Of a stretch of DNA of 64,000 nt, positions 38,603-50,745 are shown in pieces. Numbering within the stretch: position 1 is the first letter of the stretch; the number at the start of each line of letters is the position of its first letter. The notes beneath the pieces are model-generated. The model was not told where the DNA came from, made no database searches, and saw only the letters and a list, made by a program, of their open reading frames with translations. Position numbers and translations under genes: made by a program. This DNA is from an uncultured Planctomycetaceae bacterium. Its GTDB lineage: Bacteria; Planctomycetota; Planctomycetia; Planctomycetales; Planctomycetaceae. Location of the stretch: positions 1-64,000 of the forward strand of contig CAWFGE010000018.1 of the NCBI GenBank assembly GCA_963815195.1, read 5' to 3'.

Positions 38603-41431
38603 CTACTCACGGCCCTTGGCGGCCGGTTTGCGGAGAAATCTTGCCTCGGCGAGGCGGAATTCGCGCATCACGTGTTCGGGGTCGGCGGTGCCCGCCGCGA
38701 AAGTGACCTTGGTGAGTTTGGTGTTGGGATAGATCTCCAGCTTGCGAAGATCGATCCAATACCCGCGAAGCTCCTCGGTCGGCAGCAGCGGGAGGATGGT
38801 CTCCTTGATGTGATCCTCGCCGTCGATGTCGCAATGGAACGTCACCGAGATATTGTGGAAGTCGCGGTCCGGCCGGGTTAACGCGCACTTCACGTAGAAG
38901 TGGGAATAATCCCGCGCCCAAATCTCGAAGGGTTTGTGGTAATCGATCCAGGAAACGCCCGAAGTCACGCTCCAGCCCAAGGGGTCGGTTCCGCTGCGTT
39001 TAACATGCTCCTCGGGAAACCACCAGAGGTCGTGGCTCATTTCGAGCACGTGATCGCGGTCGCTGAAAGCCGGATGGTTTTCGGCCAACGTATTGGACGG
39101 GGCGATCGCAGCGGCCGACGGCGGCGGGGCTTTCTTGAGGTGCATCTGAATCTGCGGTGCCCGCCACACCGCGGTTTGATTCGTCTCGCCTTCGCAGCTC
39201 AATGTCAGCCGGACCGTTTGACTGGCGTATTGCTCCAGGGAAACCTCGCAGGTTTGCCACCCGCTGCTCCGGTTTTCGTCGCCGCTGGTCCACACGACTT
39301 CTGGAGGGTTGGGACCGGCCGCAATGCTCACCCGGCACGTCGCAAGCCGATCTGATTTGCGGACCATGGCCACGGCGGTGTGGAACACGGCTTTCGTGGT
39401 TTCCGCGGGAACGGCCACGTCCCAGGTGATGGCATTCGGGGCGGCCAACCGCAAGTTCAGCCGGCGGTACGTGGTGAAATCGACGGCTTCGGGACTTTGG
39501 TCCTCGATCCAAATGGTCGGGGAAGCCTGCGGGTCTTCCTGGAGGGCGACATTGTCCAATCCGAAGTCGCCTTGCAGAAGGTAAAGCCGGTTTCTGCCGA
39601 ACACAGACCAGCCGTGCTTCTCCAAAAGGGCGGCATACTTGATGTAGAACGGATGGTTCACCCGCCAGATGCGGTAAGGATAAAACGCGTAGCCGGTCGG
39701 CGCGGTCCGAAATTCGCGGAGAGCCGACATCGCCACGGGCGCGCGGGACGTGAGGAACACATCTTTCCCATCGGCGGTGCGGTTTCCCGGAGCCAGCAGT
39801 CCCGCCGTGAGCATAACCGCCGCGAGCGACATCCACTCGAACCCCTTAGGCCGATAAAAACAGGAAGGGGCGAGCCGGCCGTACCGCGCCGAGCGGCCGA
39901 GCAAGAACGCAAAGCCGAGAAACCCCATCCACACGAAGGCGTCATGCACGCTGTACCATGCCGCGATCTGGTCGCCGCCGTAACTGATCAGCCAGAACGT
40001 CCACAGCGGAAACACCAGCACCATCGTCGCCGGGGCCAGTTCTTTTCGCTCCGTCTTCCAATAGCGAACGTAGGCGAACGTCACAAACACCGCCCCGAAC
40101 ACCAGGCCGGCGAAGCCCGTCATGGTCCATAAGCGGATGGTTTTCGTCATCTCGGCCATGGTGAAGAACGGCAGCGTCAAGCTCTGGACCCACAAATGAA
40201 AGGGGAACAGGTTATGCGACATCTCCCGCTTGAGACCCACGTCCAAAACGCGGTAGAGCACGTAAGGCGAGGCCGAGAGGCCCGCCGTCAGAAACCAGCC
40301 CAAATACGTCCGCCAGCCCCGCACGCCGAGGAGCAACATGCCCACGAGATAAGTCGGCCAGCCGAACAGCCCGCTGCCGTAGGAGAACGAAGAGCACAGC
40401 CCGCACAGCAGCATCCCCGCCGTCCAGCCCCGGGGTTGCCGAACCAGAAACCAGCAGCCCGCGAGGAAGAAGGCGTCGGCGAGTTGCTGGTTCATCGCCG
40501 CGGGACCGAATTGAAAACTTTCAAAATGTCCCAGCGTGAATGTCAGGCCGGAGACGATCGCGAACAGCCAGGCTTTGCCGAAGAGGTTCCAGCCTCTCCC
40601 CAACAGGCTCACCAGAAGCAGCACCTTGACGGCTGCAAACAGAACGCCCAGCGCGATTTCGTAGTTTTGGTTCCAGTCGGTGTAGACAATGATCGGCACC
40701 CTGAGGAGCCGGGGGATGATCAGACAATGCGAGCCGCCGGTGACGAACGAATCGAACGGCAGGTCCAGCCAGTTGTAATTTCCGCTGAACATCTTGTCGA
40801 AATGCTCGATGTAATAGATGAAGTCGTATCCCAGCGTGTTCTCGCCAACTCGGGAAAGTTCAAACCCCATCCGCACGGGAAACAGGATCCCGAGGGCGAT
40901 GGCGGCGAAGATCATCGCCCCCGCGAACCAGCGCTCTGGGCGCGTCGGATGCGCGGCCAGAGGCTCGGCATCGATCGCCAACGTGGCGGCGGACAGCCAT
41001 TGCCACAACCGCGGCAGCCCGAACAGCCCCGCCGTCAACACGCCGTCCACAACAACCACCGTGCGGGGAATTGCGTGAAGGAAACTGGCGAAGACCGTTC
41101 TGTTCGCCACATAAACCAAGACGCTCGCGATCGCGCTTGCCACGGCAATCCTTCGCAGGTCGGCCGCGGATTGTTCTCCGCTCGCAAACAGGCTCGCGCC
41201 GGCGAGCGGGAAGACCAGCGATTTGATCGCGACGACAATCGGCAGCGTCATCCAGATCCAGCGTTGAACTTCGGGGGACGGATAGAAATGCGTCCGGAGC
41301 AGAAACGCCAGTCCATAACAGATGGCAAACCCCGCCGCGTGCAGGGCGAAATGCATCAAACCCGAAAGCCCCCGCGCGTCCGAAGCGGACTCGACAGGAT
41401 GAAGGATTTGGCTCGAATCGAAACTTCCCAT
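38603..41431 (-). CDS. Multi-pass membrane protein: CapD-like N-terminal TM region, GT-C-like core, extracytoplasmic C-terminal domains
   Basis: YGLAFLLR...DLRRI...IPRTVVVVD N-terminus; many hydrophobic segments; polar C-terminus. Confidence 0.6.
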   Translation of the reverse strand: MGSFDSSQILHPVESASDARGLSGLMHFALHAAGFAICYGLAFLLRTHFYPSPEVQRWIWMTLPIVVAIKSLVFPLAGASLFASGEQSAADLRRIAVASAIASVLVYVANRTVFASFLHAIPRTVVVVDGVLTAGLFGLPRLWQWLSAATLAIDAEPLAAHPTRPERWFAGAMIFAAIALGILFPVRMGFELSRVGENTLGYDFIYYIEHFDKMFSGNYNWLDLPFDSFVTGGSHCLIIPRLLRVPIIVYTDWNQNYEIALGVLFAAVKVLLLVSLLGRGWNLFGKAWLFAIVSGLTFTLGHFESFQFGPAAMNQQLADAFFLAGCWFLVRQPRGWTAGMLLCGLCSSFSYGSGLFGWPTYLVGMLLLGVRGWRTYLGWFLTAGLSASPYVLYRVLDVGLKREMSHNLFPFHLWVQSLTLPFFTMAEMTKTIRLWTMTGFAGLVFGAVFVTFAYVRYWKTERKELAPATMVLVFPLWTFWLISYGGDQIAAWYSVHDAFVWMGFLGFAFLLGRSARYGRLAPSCFYRPKGFEWMSLAAVMLTAGLLAPGNRTADGKDVFLTSRAPVAMSALREFRTAPTGYAFYPYRIWRVNHPFYIKYAALLEKHGWSVFGRNRLYLLQGDFGLDNVALQEDPQASPTIWIEDQSPEAVDFTTYRRLNLRLAAPNAITWDVAVPAETTKAVFHTAVAMVRKSDRLATCRVSIAAGPNPPEVVWTSGDENRSSGWQTCEVSLEQYASQTVRLTLSCEGETNQTAVWRAPQIQMHLKKAPPPSAAAIAPSNTLAENHPAFSDRDHVLEMSHDLWWFPEEHVKRSGTDPLGWSVTSGVSWIDYHKPFEIWARDYSHFYVKCALTRPDRDFHNISVTFHCDIDGEDHIKETILPLLPTEELRGYWIDLRKLEIYPNTKLTKVTFAAGTADPEHVMREFRLAEARFLRKPAAKGRE

Positions 41432-41954
41432 CTTTATTACCTGCTAATCCCTCGAGATTGCCGCCATCCGTGGGATTTCCGCCGATGGGCGGGCGCGGCA
41501 TCAGAATTCGAGGGGGCAAGCTACTGAATCTCCCTGCATAGGTCCAGACGGCTTTTTAGGGAGGCGGGTTTCACATTTTAATGGATTTTTGTACAGAAAT
41601 TCGTGCCCCATCGGACGGCGCAAATCCGCCGCCTGACGGAATTTCTCCGTTCCCCTTCTTGAAAAAAAATCCCCCCGCGCGCAAAAATGGAGGTCTGACA
41701 TGCCCGGATTTGTTCCTGGGCCTGGTTCACCTCTCGATTTCTCTCTTTCCAGCGCGGGCGATTCTCTTCACCTTTCCTTACATTCATGTATTGGCCTGTG
41801 CGGAATCACGGTTTCTTGTTCACTCTTTCAATCCCTTCGGGCCAGGGGCCGGTTTGCTTGCCGGGTCCCGGGGCCGACGTTTAGAAATCCATCTCCGCGC
41901 TGGCGGCGGGGCATGGACCGCACGATTGACTTTTAATCTTCTGGAGCACAACTC

Positions 41955-43651
41955 ATGGCTGGCGATTGGCTGCAAAAACTTGTCGACGACGGGGTGATTA
42001 GCCAGGAACAACTCGAGGAAGCCGAATCGATGGCGGGCCGCCACGGCACCACCGTGGACGAGATCCTCGTCAAGATGGGCTACGTCGATCAGGAAGTCGT
42101 CGCCGCGGCGAAGGCGTCCGGCTTCGGATACTCCTCCATCAATCTCGACGAACTGGAGATTCCGGCCAACGTCATCAGCATGGTCCCGGAATCCATGGCG
42201 CGTGAGAACACCGTCATCCCCCTGGAGTTCGAAGGGGGCGTGCTGAAAGTCGCCTTTCACGACCCGATGGCCTTCGATGTTCTGGACAAAGTTCGCTTTA
42301 TGGTGGACAAGGAAATAGAAATGGTCGTCGCTCCCAAACCGTCCATTCAGCGCTGCATCGATCGGCACTACGGGCAATCGGAAACCGAATCGGTGGACTC
42401 GATGATCGCCGAGTTTACGGACACCCAGATCGACGTGACGGAAATCGAGGTCTCCGGCAGCGGGGTGGTGGAGGAAAATGAGAATGCGCCCGTCATCAAA
42501 CTGGTCAACCTGGTGATCGAAGAAGCCGTCAAGATGCGGGCCAGCGACATCCACATCGAGCCCTTCGAGGACCGGATTCGCATCCGCTACCGGATCGACG
42601 GCGGCCTGGTCGAACGCGACACCCCCCCCCGGCGGTTGCTCGGCAGCGATCGTATCAGCGCATCAAAATTATGGTGCGCATCGATATTGCGGAGAAACGC
42701 CGACCCCAGGACGGCCGGATCAAAACCCGCGTGGGCACGTCGGACTATGACCTTCGGATTAGTATTCTTCCGACCAATCATGGACAGGCGATAGTGATGC
42801 GGATTCTGGATCGCGAGAACATCAAGATCGGGATTCGGAACTTAGGTTTCAGTGAAGAAAAGTACAGAACATTCCAAAACATCATCCGCCGGCCGAACGG
42901 GATTTTCCTGGTGACGGGCCCGACCGGGAGCGGGAAAACGACAACTCTGTACAGTGCGCTCGGTGAACTGAACCGTCCCGACCGGAAGATCATCACTGCG
43001 GAAGACCCGGTGGAGTATTATCTGCCGGGGATCAACCAGGTGGAAGTGCGTTCAGAAATCGGGTTCAAATTCGCGCGGATTATTCGCGCGATGTTGCGGC
43101 AGGCCCCCAATGTGATTCTGGTGGGGGAGATTCGCGATTTGGAGACAGCAGACATGGCTATCCAGGCGAGTTTAACAGGACACTTGGTTTTCAGTACGCT
43201 TCACACGAACGATGCGCCCGGTTCTATTACACGCCTGATCGATATGGATGTCCAGCCATTTCTCGTCGCCAGCTCGGTGATGGCCGTCATGGCCCAGCGG
43301 TTGGTGCGGACGATTTGCCCCAAATGCAGAGAATCATACAAGCCCGATGCGAGCGAATTGCAACACTTTAACATAACGCCTGAACAGGCAGCGGCCGCAA
43401 CGTTCGCGCGGGGCCGGGGCTGCAATCATTGCCAGCACACAGGCTATCGCGGCCGCAAAGCCGTGTTCGAATTGATGACCATGAACTCCACCCTCCGGGA
43501 AATGACCTTCAAGAGCGAGCCGACGCAGGCCATTCGCCGGCAAGCCCGGCTGTTCGGCATGAAAACGCTGGTCGATGATGCGAAAGACAAGGCGATGCAA
43601 GGAGTTACAACGCTCGCTGAGGTTTACAAACTCGAATCGAGCCGGGATTGA
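41955..43651 (+). CDS. pilB: PilB/GspE-family ATPase #1 (frameshift at ~42650)
   Basis: [47 protein letters not shown] in two overlapping ORFs. Confidence 0.9.
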
Positions 43652-44002
43652 GATTCCCAAGCCCAAACCGGATGGCCCGACGACCGCTTCGGCTTTCTGG
43701 CGGGAGAACTTGGCGGTTCCACCCACTCCTTGAGCGAAAGTCCGCTCACCCCTGCGGTGGAACCTTCAATGACCGCAACCACAAAATAACACCAAAAGCC
43801 GTCGCGAGGTGTTGCATTTTGCAACAGACCAACAGGGTCAAAGAAGGTCAGGGGTTTTCACAGGTTCTTCACGTCTTTTCCGCCACGCTTGGCTGTAACT
43901 CGGCGGAATCCCAGTTGTTAGGATTTCGTGCCGATTTGAGATTTTTTTGATATTTGTTTCCGGTCACTCCATAATTCCCCAACTTTCGAGGACCATCATC
44001 AC

Positions 44003-45137
44003 ATGCCCAACATTCAAATTGACAAGTTGCTGGAAACCGTTGTCCGGGAGAAAGTCAGCGATTTGCATATTTCCTGCTACCAGCCGCCGGTGGTGCGGTC
44101 GGGTGGCCGGATGGTGAAATTGGAGACGAAATCTCTGGAGCCCGACGATATGTGTCTCGCTGATGAAGAGCATCACGCCGGAACGCAATCAGCAGGAACT
44201 CCAGGAAGTGGGCGGGACCGACTTCGGTTTCGCGTTTGGAGATAAAGCCCGGTTTCGCGTGGCGGTGTTCAAGCAGCGCGGGCATGATCGGCATGGTGCT
44301 GCGGCGGATTCCGAACGAGTTTCTCACGTTCGAGCAACTCGGCCTGCCTCCGGTGATCGAGGAATTGATCCAGCGCCCGCGGGGCCTGTTTCTGGTGACC
44401 GGGCCGACGGGGAGCGGCAAGACCACCAGTCTGGCGAGCATGATCAACTGGATGAATCACAACATGGACCACCACATCATCACGCTGGAAGACCCGATCG
44501 AGTATTACCACAAGCACAAGAAGTCGCACGATCAATCAGCGGGAAATCGGCGTGGACGTGCCCGAGCTTCCCCGAAGCCCTTCGCCGGGCTTTGCGGATG
44601 GATCCCGACGTGATTCTCGTGGGGGAAATGCGGGACCTGGAAACGATTTCCGCGGCCATCACCGCGGCGGAAACGGGGCACGTCGTGTTCGGCACCCTGC
44701 ACACCACCGGGGCCCAGGGCACGGTCGACCGGATCATCGACGTGTTCCCCACCAACCAGCAGGAGCAGATCCGCACGCAGTTGTCCGTGGCCATCATCGG
44801 GATTCTCAGCCAGGCCCTCTTGCCGAGAAAGCCCAAAGGCCTCGTCGCGGCTTACGAAATGCTGGTCGTGACGCCCGCGATCGCCAACCTGATTCGCGAA
44901 GCCAAGACCTACCGCATCAACTCGTCGATTCAAACCGGGCGGAAATACGGCATGCAACTGCTCGACGATGCCCTGTTCAACCTCTGGAAAGACGGGCTCT
45001 GCGAAGAGAAAGACGTGATTTTCAAATCCAATCGCCCCGGCGAACTCAAAGTCCGCATCGAACGGGCCAAGCGCGGCTTGTTCGAGGAAGAAATGGGCGG
45101 CGAGGACGACGACGACGAAGAGTGGGACGATGAATAA
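44003..45137 (+). CDS. pilT: PilT retraction ATPase (frameshifts at ~44155, ~44285 and ~44530)
   Basis: [50 protein letters not shown]. Confidence 0.92.
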
Positions 45138-45143
45138 GCCGAG

Positions 45144-45192
45144 CCCAAGCCGACGCTTTCGCGCCGGTCCGCCGGCAAGCCGGCGGCTTGGG
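45144..45192. repeat. 49-bp palindromic REP-like element (copy A)
   Basis: Exact reverse complement of 48584-48632. Confidence 0.85.
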
Positions 45193-45350
45193 TTTTCGAT
45201 GCGACGATACAGACGACGCAAGACAATTCAAAAAAGCGGGCCGGGTTCTGACGGTTCGATTCGCTAGTCAGCGGTTTAACAATTCATTCGGGGACCTCGC
45301 TTTTTCGCGTGTTGCGGGAGATGCTTCCCAATAAACCGGAATTCAATTCG

Positions 45351-47058
45351 ATGCCACAACGCAAACTGGGCCAGATTCTGGTCGATCTGGGGTATCTCAC
45401 CGAAGATCAGCTTTGGGACGTGCTGGAAGAGCAGAAGCAGAGTCCCGGCGAGATCATCGGGCAGGTGGCGATCCGCATGGGCCTGGTGACGGACGACCAG
45501 GTCACGGAAGCCCTCGCCGAGCAGTGGGGCATGCCGGTCGTCAATCTCGCCGAGACCAACATTCCGCCCAAGGTGCTGGAACTCGTCCCGCAGACGATGG
45601 CCGAGATCTACAAGATCATGCCCATCTCGGTGAAAGACGACGTGCTCACGGTGGCGATGGCCGACCCGCAGAACGTCGGAGCCTTGGACGATCTGCGGAA
45701 CTTTCTGGGCTACGACGTGCGGGGCGCGGTGTCGAATCCGCAGGACGTCGAAAACGCGATCCAGGCCAACTATGCCGACAAGCAGGACAGCATCGAGGAC
45801 GTCATCAGCGGCCTGGAAGAGGAACTCGAAGAGGACGCAGGCGGCAAAGGCTACAGCCTGGACGAGGAGATGGAATCGGGCAACACCGCGCCGATTCGCA
45901 AGCTGCTCAACATGGTGCTGCTGCTCGCGATCAAAGACCAGGCGCGCGACATTCACTTCGAGCCGTTCGAGGACGAGTTCAAGATCCGCGTGCGGGCGGA
46001 CGGCGTGCTTTACGAAATGGTCCCGCCGCCGCGGCACCTGGCGAACGCGATCGTCTCCCGGATCAAGGTCATGGCCGACCTGGACATCGCCGAGCGCCGG
46101 CTGCCGCAGGACGGGCGGATCGAACTCAACGTGGGCGGGAATCCGGTGGACCTGCGGGTGAGCGTTCTGCCCACCATGTTCGGCGAAGCCGTCGTCATGC
46201 GGGTGCTGGACCGCACCGTGGTGCAACTCGACCTCAACAAGATCGGCATGGACGCGGGCACGCTGGGCAAGTTCCGGCAGATCATCAAGGCCCCCAACGG
46301 CATCGTGCTCGTGACGGGTCCGACGGGCAGCGGCAAGACGACCACGCTCTATTCCGCCCTCAACGAACTGAACGACATCGAAACCAAAATCATCACCACG
46401 GAAGACCCGATCGAATACGACATCGACGGCATCGTCCAGGTGCCCGTCAACCCGGACATCGACGTGACCTTCGCCAACGTGCTGCGGGCGATTCTGCGGC
46501 ACGATCCGGACGACATCCTCGTCGGGGAAATCCGCGACTACGAAACGGCGGAAATCGCCATCCAAAGTCGCCCTGACGGGGCACCTCGTGTTCAGCACGC
46601 TGCACACGAACGACGCCCCGAGTTCCATCACCCGCTTGTTGGACATGGGCGTGCCGCCGTTTCTGATCACGGCGACGGTCGAGGCGATTCTGGCGCAGCG
46701 GCTGGTCCGCCGGATTTGCAGCGAATGCCGGACCGAGTTCGAGCCGAGCGACGATCTGCTGATGGAACTGCAACTGCCCATCGAGCAGGCCCGCAGATAC
46801 AAGTTTTACTACGGCAAAGGCTGCGCCCGCTGCAACAACGGGGGCTACAAAGGCCGCAGCGGGATTTACGAGTTGCTCATCATGACCGACGAGATTCGCG
46901 ACATGATTTCCAGCAACGCGAACGTGGACGAAATCCGCAACTACGCCCGCACGCAGGGCATGACCACCCTCCGCGAAGCCGGGCTGAAACTGATCTTCGA
47001 CGGCGTCACGACCATCGATGAAGTCGTCCGCGAAACCATCTCGGAAGACGTGGAATGA
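45351..47058 (+). CDS. pilB: PilB/GspE-family ATPase #2 with MshEN domain (frameshift at ~46566)
   Basis: [54 protein letters not shown]; two CxxC motifs. Confidence 0.92.
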
Positions 47059-47087
47059 CAACCGAAAGTGACGACCGAGTTTTTGAC

Positions 47088-47254
47088 AAATCCGAATCTC
47101 GAAATCCGAAACAAATCCCAATGTTCCAATTTTCAAATTCCAAACCGGCAACATCGGCAGCCTGTCGAGGCGACGGAGACTCGGCCGGGTTTGGAACATT
47201 CGGATTTGGGATTTTGAATTTGTTTCGGATTTCGAGATTCGTGCTTCGGATTTC
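47088..47254. repeat. Long imperfect inverted repeat built from heptamer-like units
   Basis: aaatccgaatctcgaaatccgaaacaaatcccaa... versus ...tttgaatttgtttcggatttcgagattcgtgcttcggattt. Confidence 0.8.
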
Positions 47255-47322
47255 CAGTAGATAACATACGGATCGAGAATTAACTTCAGGGGTTTCCCTT
47301 CCTTTACTGGCGGAGAGAGTCG

Positions 47323-48570
47323 ATGCCTGTTTTCCAATATGAGGCCATGGACAACACGGGCCTAGAGATCAAAGAAACGATCGAAGCCGCGAACGAAGCG
47401 GAAGCCCAGCAGAAGATCCGCGACAAAGGCTTTTTCGTCACGAAGATTCAAGAACGCGCGAAGGCCAAGAAAAAGAAAAAAGCCGCGGAGAAAAAGCCCG
47501 GCGGCAAGAAGAAAAAGGGCGGGTTCTCCTTCGGGAGGGTCAAGGCGAAAAAGCTGTGCACCTTCACCCGGCAGCTTTCCACGCTCCAGGATGCGGGCCT
47601 GCCCATTTTGCGGTCGCTCCGGATTCTCGAAGGCCAATCCAAGCCCGGCCCGCTCAAAAATTCGCTGATCGACGTCATCGAAGACATCGAAGGCGGGAGC
47701 ACGCTCTCCGAAGCGATGGCCAAGCAGCCCAAGGCCTTCGACAACCTCTACGTCAACATGGTCAAAGCCGGGGAAGCCGGCGGGGCCTTGGAAGTCATTC
47801 TGCAGCGGCTCGCGGAGTTCAAAGAGCGTTCCCAGAGCCTGAAGCGCAAAGTCCAGGGGGCCATGATTTATCCGTGCGCGGTGATCTTCGTCGCCACGTC
47901 CATCGTGGGCTTCATCATGTACTACATCATTCCGAAGTTCAAAAAGATCTTCGAGGACTTCGGGACCGAGCTGCCGGGCATCACCATGCTGCTCATCAGC
48001 ATTAGCGACATGGTCGTGAGCTACTTCTACCTGGGGCCGGCGATCCCGATCGGGTTCTATCTGATGATCAAGCTTATCAAAAAGAACAAGCACGGCGAGT
48101 ACGCGGTGGACTGGCTGGCGCTGCGGATCCCGTTACTGGGGAAGATTCTGCAGAAGTCGATCACGGCCCGCGTGGCCCGGACGCTGGGAACGCTGATTGC
48201 CTCCGGGGTGCCGATTTTGGAGGCGTTGATTATCGCCCGGGACACGGCGGGCAACGCGGTGTTCCGGAAGGCGTTCGACCAGATCTACGCGGCGATCCGC
48301 GAAGGGGAATCGATGGCCGTGCCCCTCAAGGAGACCCGCATCGTGGACGACATGGTGGTCAACATGGTGGACGTGGGCGAAGAGACCGGAGCCTTGGACG
48401 AGATGCTCTACAAAGTCGCCGACGTGTACGACGAAGAAGTCGCCGTCTTGGTGGAAGGGCTGATCAGCATGCTGGAACCGTTGATGGTGGTGGTCCTCGG
48501 CTTGATCGTGGGCTTCATCGTCATCGCCTTGTTCATGCCGCTGATTAAACTGCTGAACGATTTGTCATAG
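47323..48570 (+). CDS. pilC: PilC/GspF platform protein
   Basis: FTRQLSTLQDAGLP, MVKAGEAGG, AMIYP, VGEETG, LEP. Confidence 0.95.
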   Translation: MPVFQYEAMDNTGLEIKETIEAANEAEAQQKIRDKGFFVTKIQERAKAKKKKKAAEKKPGGKKKKGGFSFGRVKAKKLCTFTRQLSTLQDAGLPILRSLRILEGQSKPGPLKNSLIDVIEDIEGGSTLSEAMAKQPKAFDNLYVNMVKAGEAGGALEVILQRLAEFKERSQSLKRKVQGAMIYPCAVIFVATSIVGFIMYYIIPKFKKIFEDFGTELPGITMLLISISDMVVSYFYLGPAIPIGFYLMIKLIKKNKHGEYAVDWLALRIPLLGKILQKSITARVARTLGTLIASGVPILEALIIARDTAGNAVFRKAFDQIYAAIREGESMAVPLKETRIVDDMVVNMVDVGEETGALDEMLYKVADVYDEEVAVLVEGLISMLEPLMVVVLGLIVGFIVIALFMPLIKLLNDLS

Positions 48571-48583
48571 TGATTCTCCACGT

Positions 48584-48632
48584 CCCAAGCCGCCGGCTTG
48601 CCGGCGGACCGGCGCGAAAGCGTCGGCTTGGG
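48584..48632. repeat. 49-bp palindromic REP-like element (copy B)
   Basis: Exact reverse complement of 45144-45192. Confidence 0.85.
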
Positions 48633-48694
48633 CAAAACCCATCCGAGTTTCACTCACTTGGAAACAAAGTCCCTCGAGAAGGAGAGACAGCGAG

Positions 48695-49570
48695 ATGCGT
48701 CCTTCCCCGAATCCAAATCCGACCCCCACCCAGAATAGGTTTCGCCGGGCGGGTTTTACGCTCGTCGAATTGATGATCGTGATGTCGATCATCGCCCTGT
48801 TGATCGGTTTGCTGGTGCCGGTGCTCGCGCACGTCAGGCAGAACGCGACGATCGTCCAGGTCAGAACGGAAATCGACGGCTTTACGGGGTCGATCACGCA
48901 GTTCAAGTCGAAGTTCGGCATCGAGCCGCCCAGCCGGATCACGATTTACAACAACGCCGCCGGCTGGAAAAGCGATCCGCGGAGCACACAATTGATCCGC
49001 AAGATCTTTCCGCAGTTTAATTTCGCCGGGTCCGGCGGGTTGCCGGCGGGGCTCAGTTACCCCGTGACGCTGGACGGCCCGGAATGCCTGGTGTTCTTCT
49101 TAGGCGGCGTGCAGGATTCGAGCGGCGCGCTCATCGGCTTCTCGAACAACCCGGCCTTGCCCTTTCTCACCAGCGGCAAATCGCGGATCGGGCCGTATTT
49201 TTCGTTCGATCTCGGCCGGCTTCAAGACGCGGACGGCGACAAGTTCGTGGAATACCGCGATCCCATCTCGGGACAATCCGAGCCCTTCATCTACCTGAGC
49301 AGCTATGACGGGGCCGGCTACAACACGGCGGACCTCGGCACCCTGTCCGGCGGAACGAGCCCGGCCCGGATGGCGAACATCTATGTCCAAAGCTCCGGCG
49401 GCGCCGCTTGGAAGCCGAAGTCCTTCCAAATCATCTCGCCGGGCTTTGACTTCGCTTACGGTCCGGGAGGCGTGTATTCCACATCGACGGCCGACACGGC
49501 TCTCGCCGGACCCCGCGAAGCCGAGCGCGACAACATCACCAACTTCTCGAGCGGCCTGCTCGCCCCGTAA
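48695..49570 (+). CDS. Prepilin-type (pseudo)pilin
   Basis: AG/FTLVELMIVMSII cleavage-methylation motif. Confidence 0.9.
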   Translation: MRPSPNPNPTPTQNRFRRAGFTLVELMIVMSIIALLIGLLVPVLAHVRQNATIVQVRTEIDGFTGSITQFKSKFGIEPPSRITIYNNAAGWKSDPRSTQLIRKIFPQFNFAGSGGLPAGLSYPVTLDGPECLVFFLGGVQDSSGALIGFSNNPALPFLTSGKSRIGPYFSFDLGRLQDADGDKFVEYRDPISGQSEPFIYLSSYDGAGYNTADLGTLSGGTSPARMANIYVQSSGGAAWKPKSFQIISPGFDFAYGPGGVYSTSTADTALAGPREAERDNITNFSSGLLAP

Positions 49571-49580
49571 GTTGGAAAAA

Positions 49581-49619
49581 CCCCCTCACCCTAACCCTCT
49601 CCCCCAAGGGGAGAGGGGA
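49581..49619. repeat. CCCTCACCC..CCCTCTCCC-loop-GGGAGAGGG hairpin repeat
   Basis: Widespread intergenic REP-like stem-loop seen directly. Confidence 0.75.
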
Positions 49620-49652
49620 CAAAACCGATGGCCCGAACCGGGAAGAATCGAC

Positions 49653-50745
49653 ATGAGACGCAATCCAGTCCAGAACCAATCCGCAGCCAGGCCCCGGCCG
49701 GTTTCGACGGGCTTTACGCTGCTCGAACTCTTGGTGGTGATGGGGATCATTGTGTTCCTGGTGTCGTTATCGGCCGTGGTGATGCGGAATTTCATCACCA
49801 CGTCCCGCGAAGCCAAGACCAAAACCATGCTCACCAAGCTCAACGGGATGATCACCAAGCGGGTGAACGATGTGAACATGGCCATCCAGGCCCAGGACCG
49901 CTCCGGCTCGAAGTATTTGTACGATCCATCCTTGTACAACGGGGTGTCGCCGCTGGTGCTCGCGGGCAATTACGCGCCGCGGGCCAAAGTTTTGGGACAG
50001 AAGGCCCTCTTCCGCAACGCGTTTCCGCAGACGCTCGCCGAGGCGAAAAACGCGGGGATCACCTTACCCTCGAACTACATACCGGCGAATGACAATCCCG
50101 TGACGCAGAGTTCGGAAGCGCTGTATCTGACCTTGACGCAGGGGGCGTCCTTCGGCCCGCCGCCGGTGGATTTGGATGCCTTCAAATCGGACGAGATCGA
50201 CGATACCGACGGCGATAAGTTGATGGAGTTCGTGGACGGCTGGGGCCAGCCGATCCGGTTTTACCGCTGGCCGACCCGCCTGGTCCGCCCGGCTCCCCAA
50301 GGCAGCGAAACGACCGCCCAAAGTCTGGACAAGAACGGGAACTATGTTTACGGCGTCAACATCAAGGACTATTCGGCCGGTAATCCCGGCTCCGGATACA
50401 GCCCAGTTGTTCTTCGGTCCGAGCATTCCCACCACGGAACTGAATAAGGATCCCGACGACAAGCTGGGGATGACGAACCGGGCCAGTTGGATGTTCGTCA
50501 CCAACTCCGGCAAGATGCAGATGACGCCCGCCTTGTTCGAGACGACGTATCCCAAGACGACCCCCGACACGTGGTCGCTGCCCCTGGTGATCTCGGCCGG
50601 CTTGGACGGTGAAATGGGGATTTACGAACCTTACGACACGGCCCACTTCGGCCATTTGGCGCAGCCGCAATACGTGGACGCCAGCGGCAACGCCGTCTTG
50701 GAAGCGATGCTGGACAACTTTTCGAATCGAATCGTAAAGCCATGA
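49653..50745 (+). CDS. Prepilin-type (pseudo)pilin (frameshift at ~50405)
   Basis: TG/FTLLELLVVMGII; DGWGQPI; ISAGLDG in the second frame. Confidence 0.85.
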
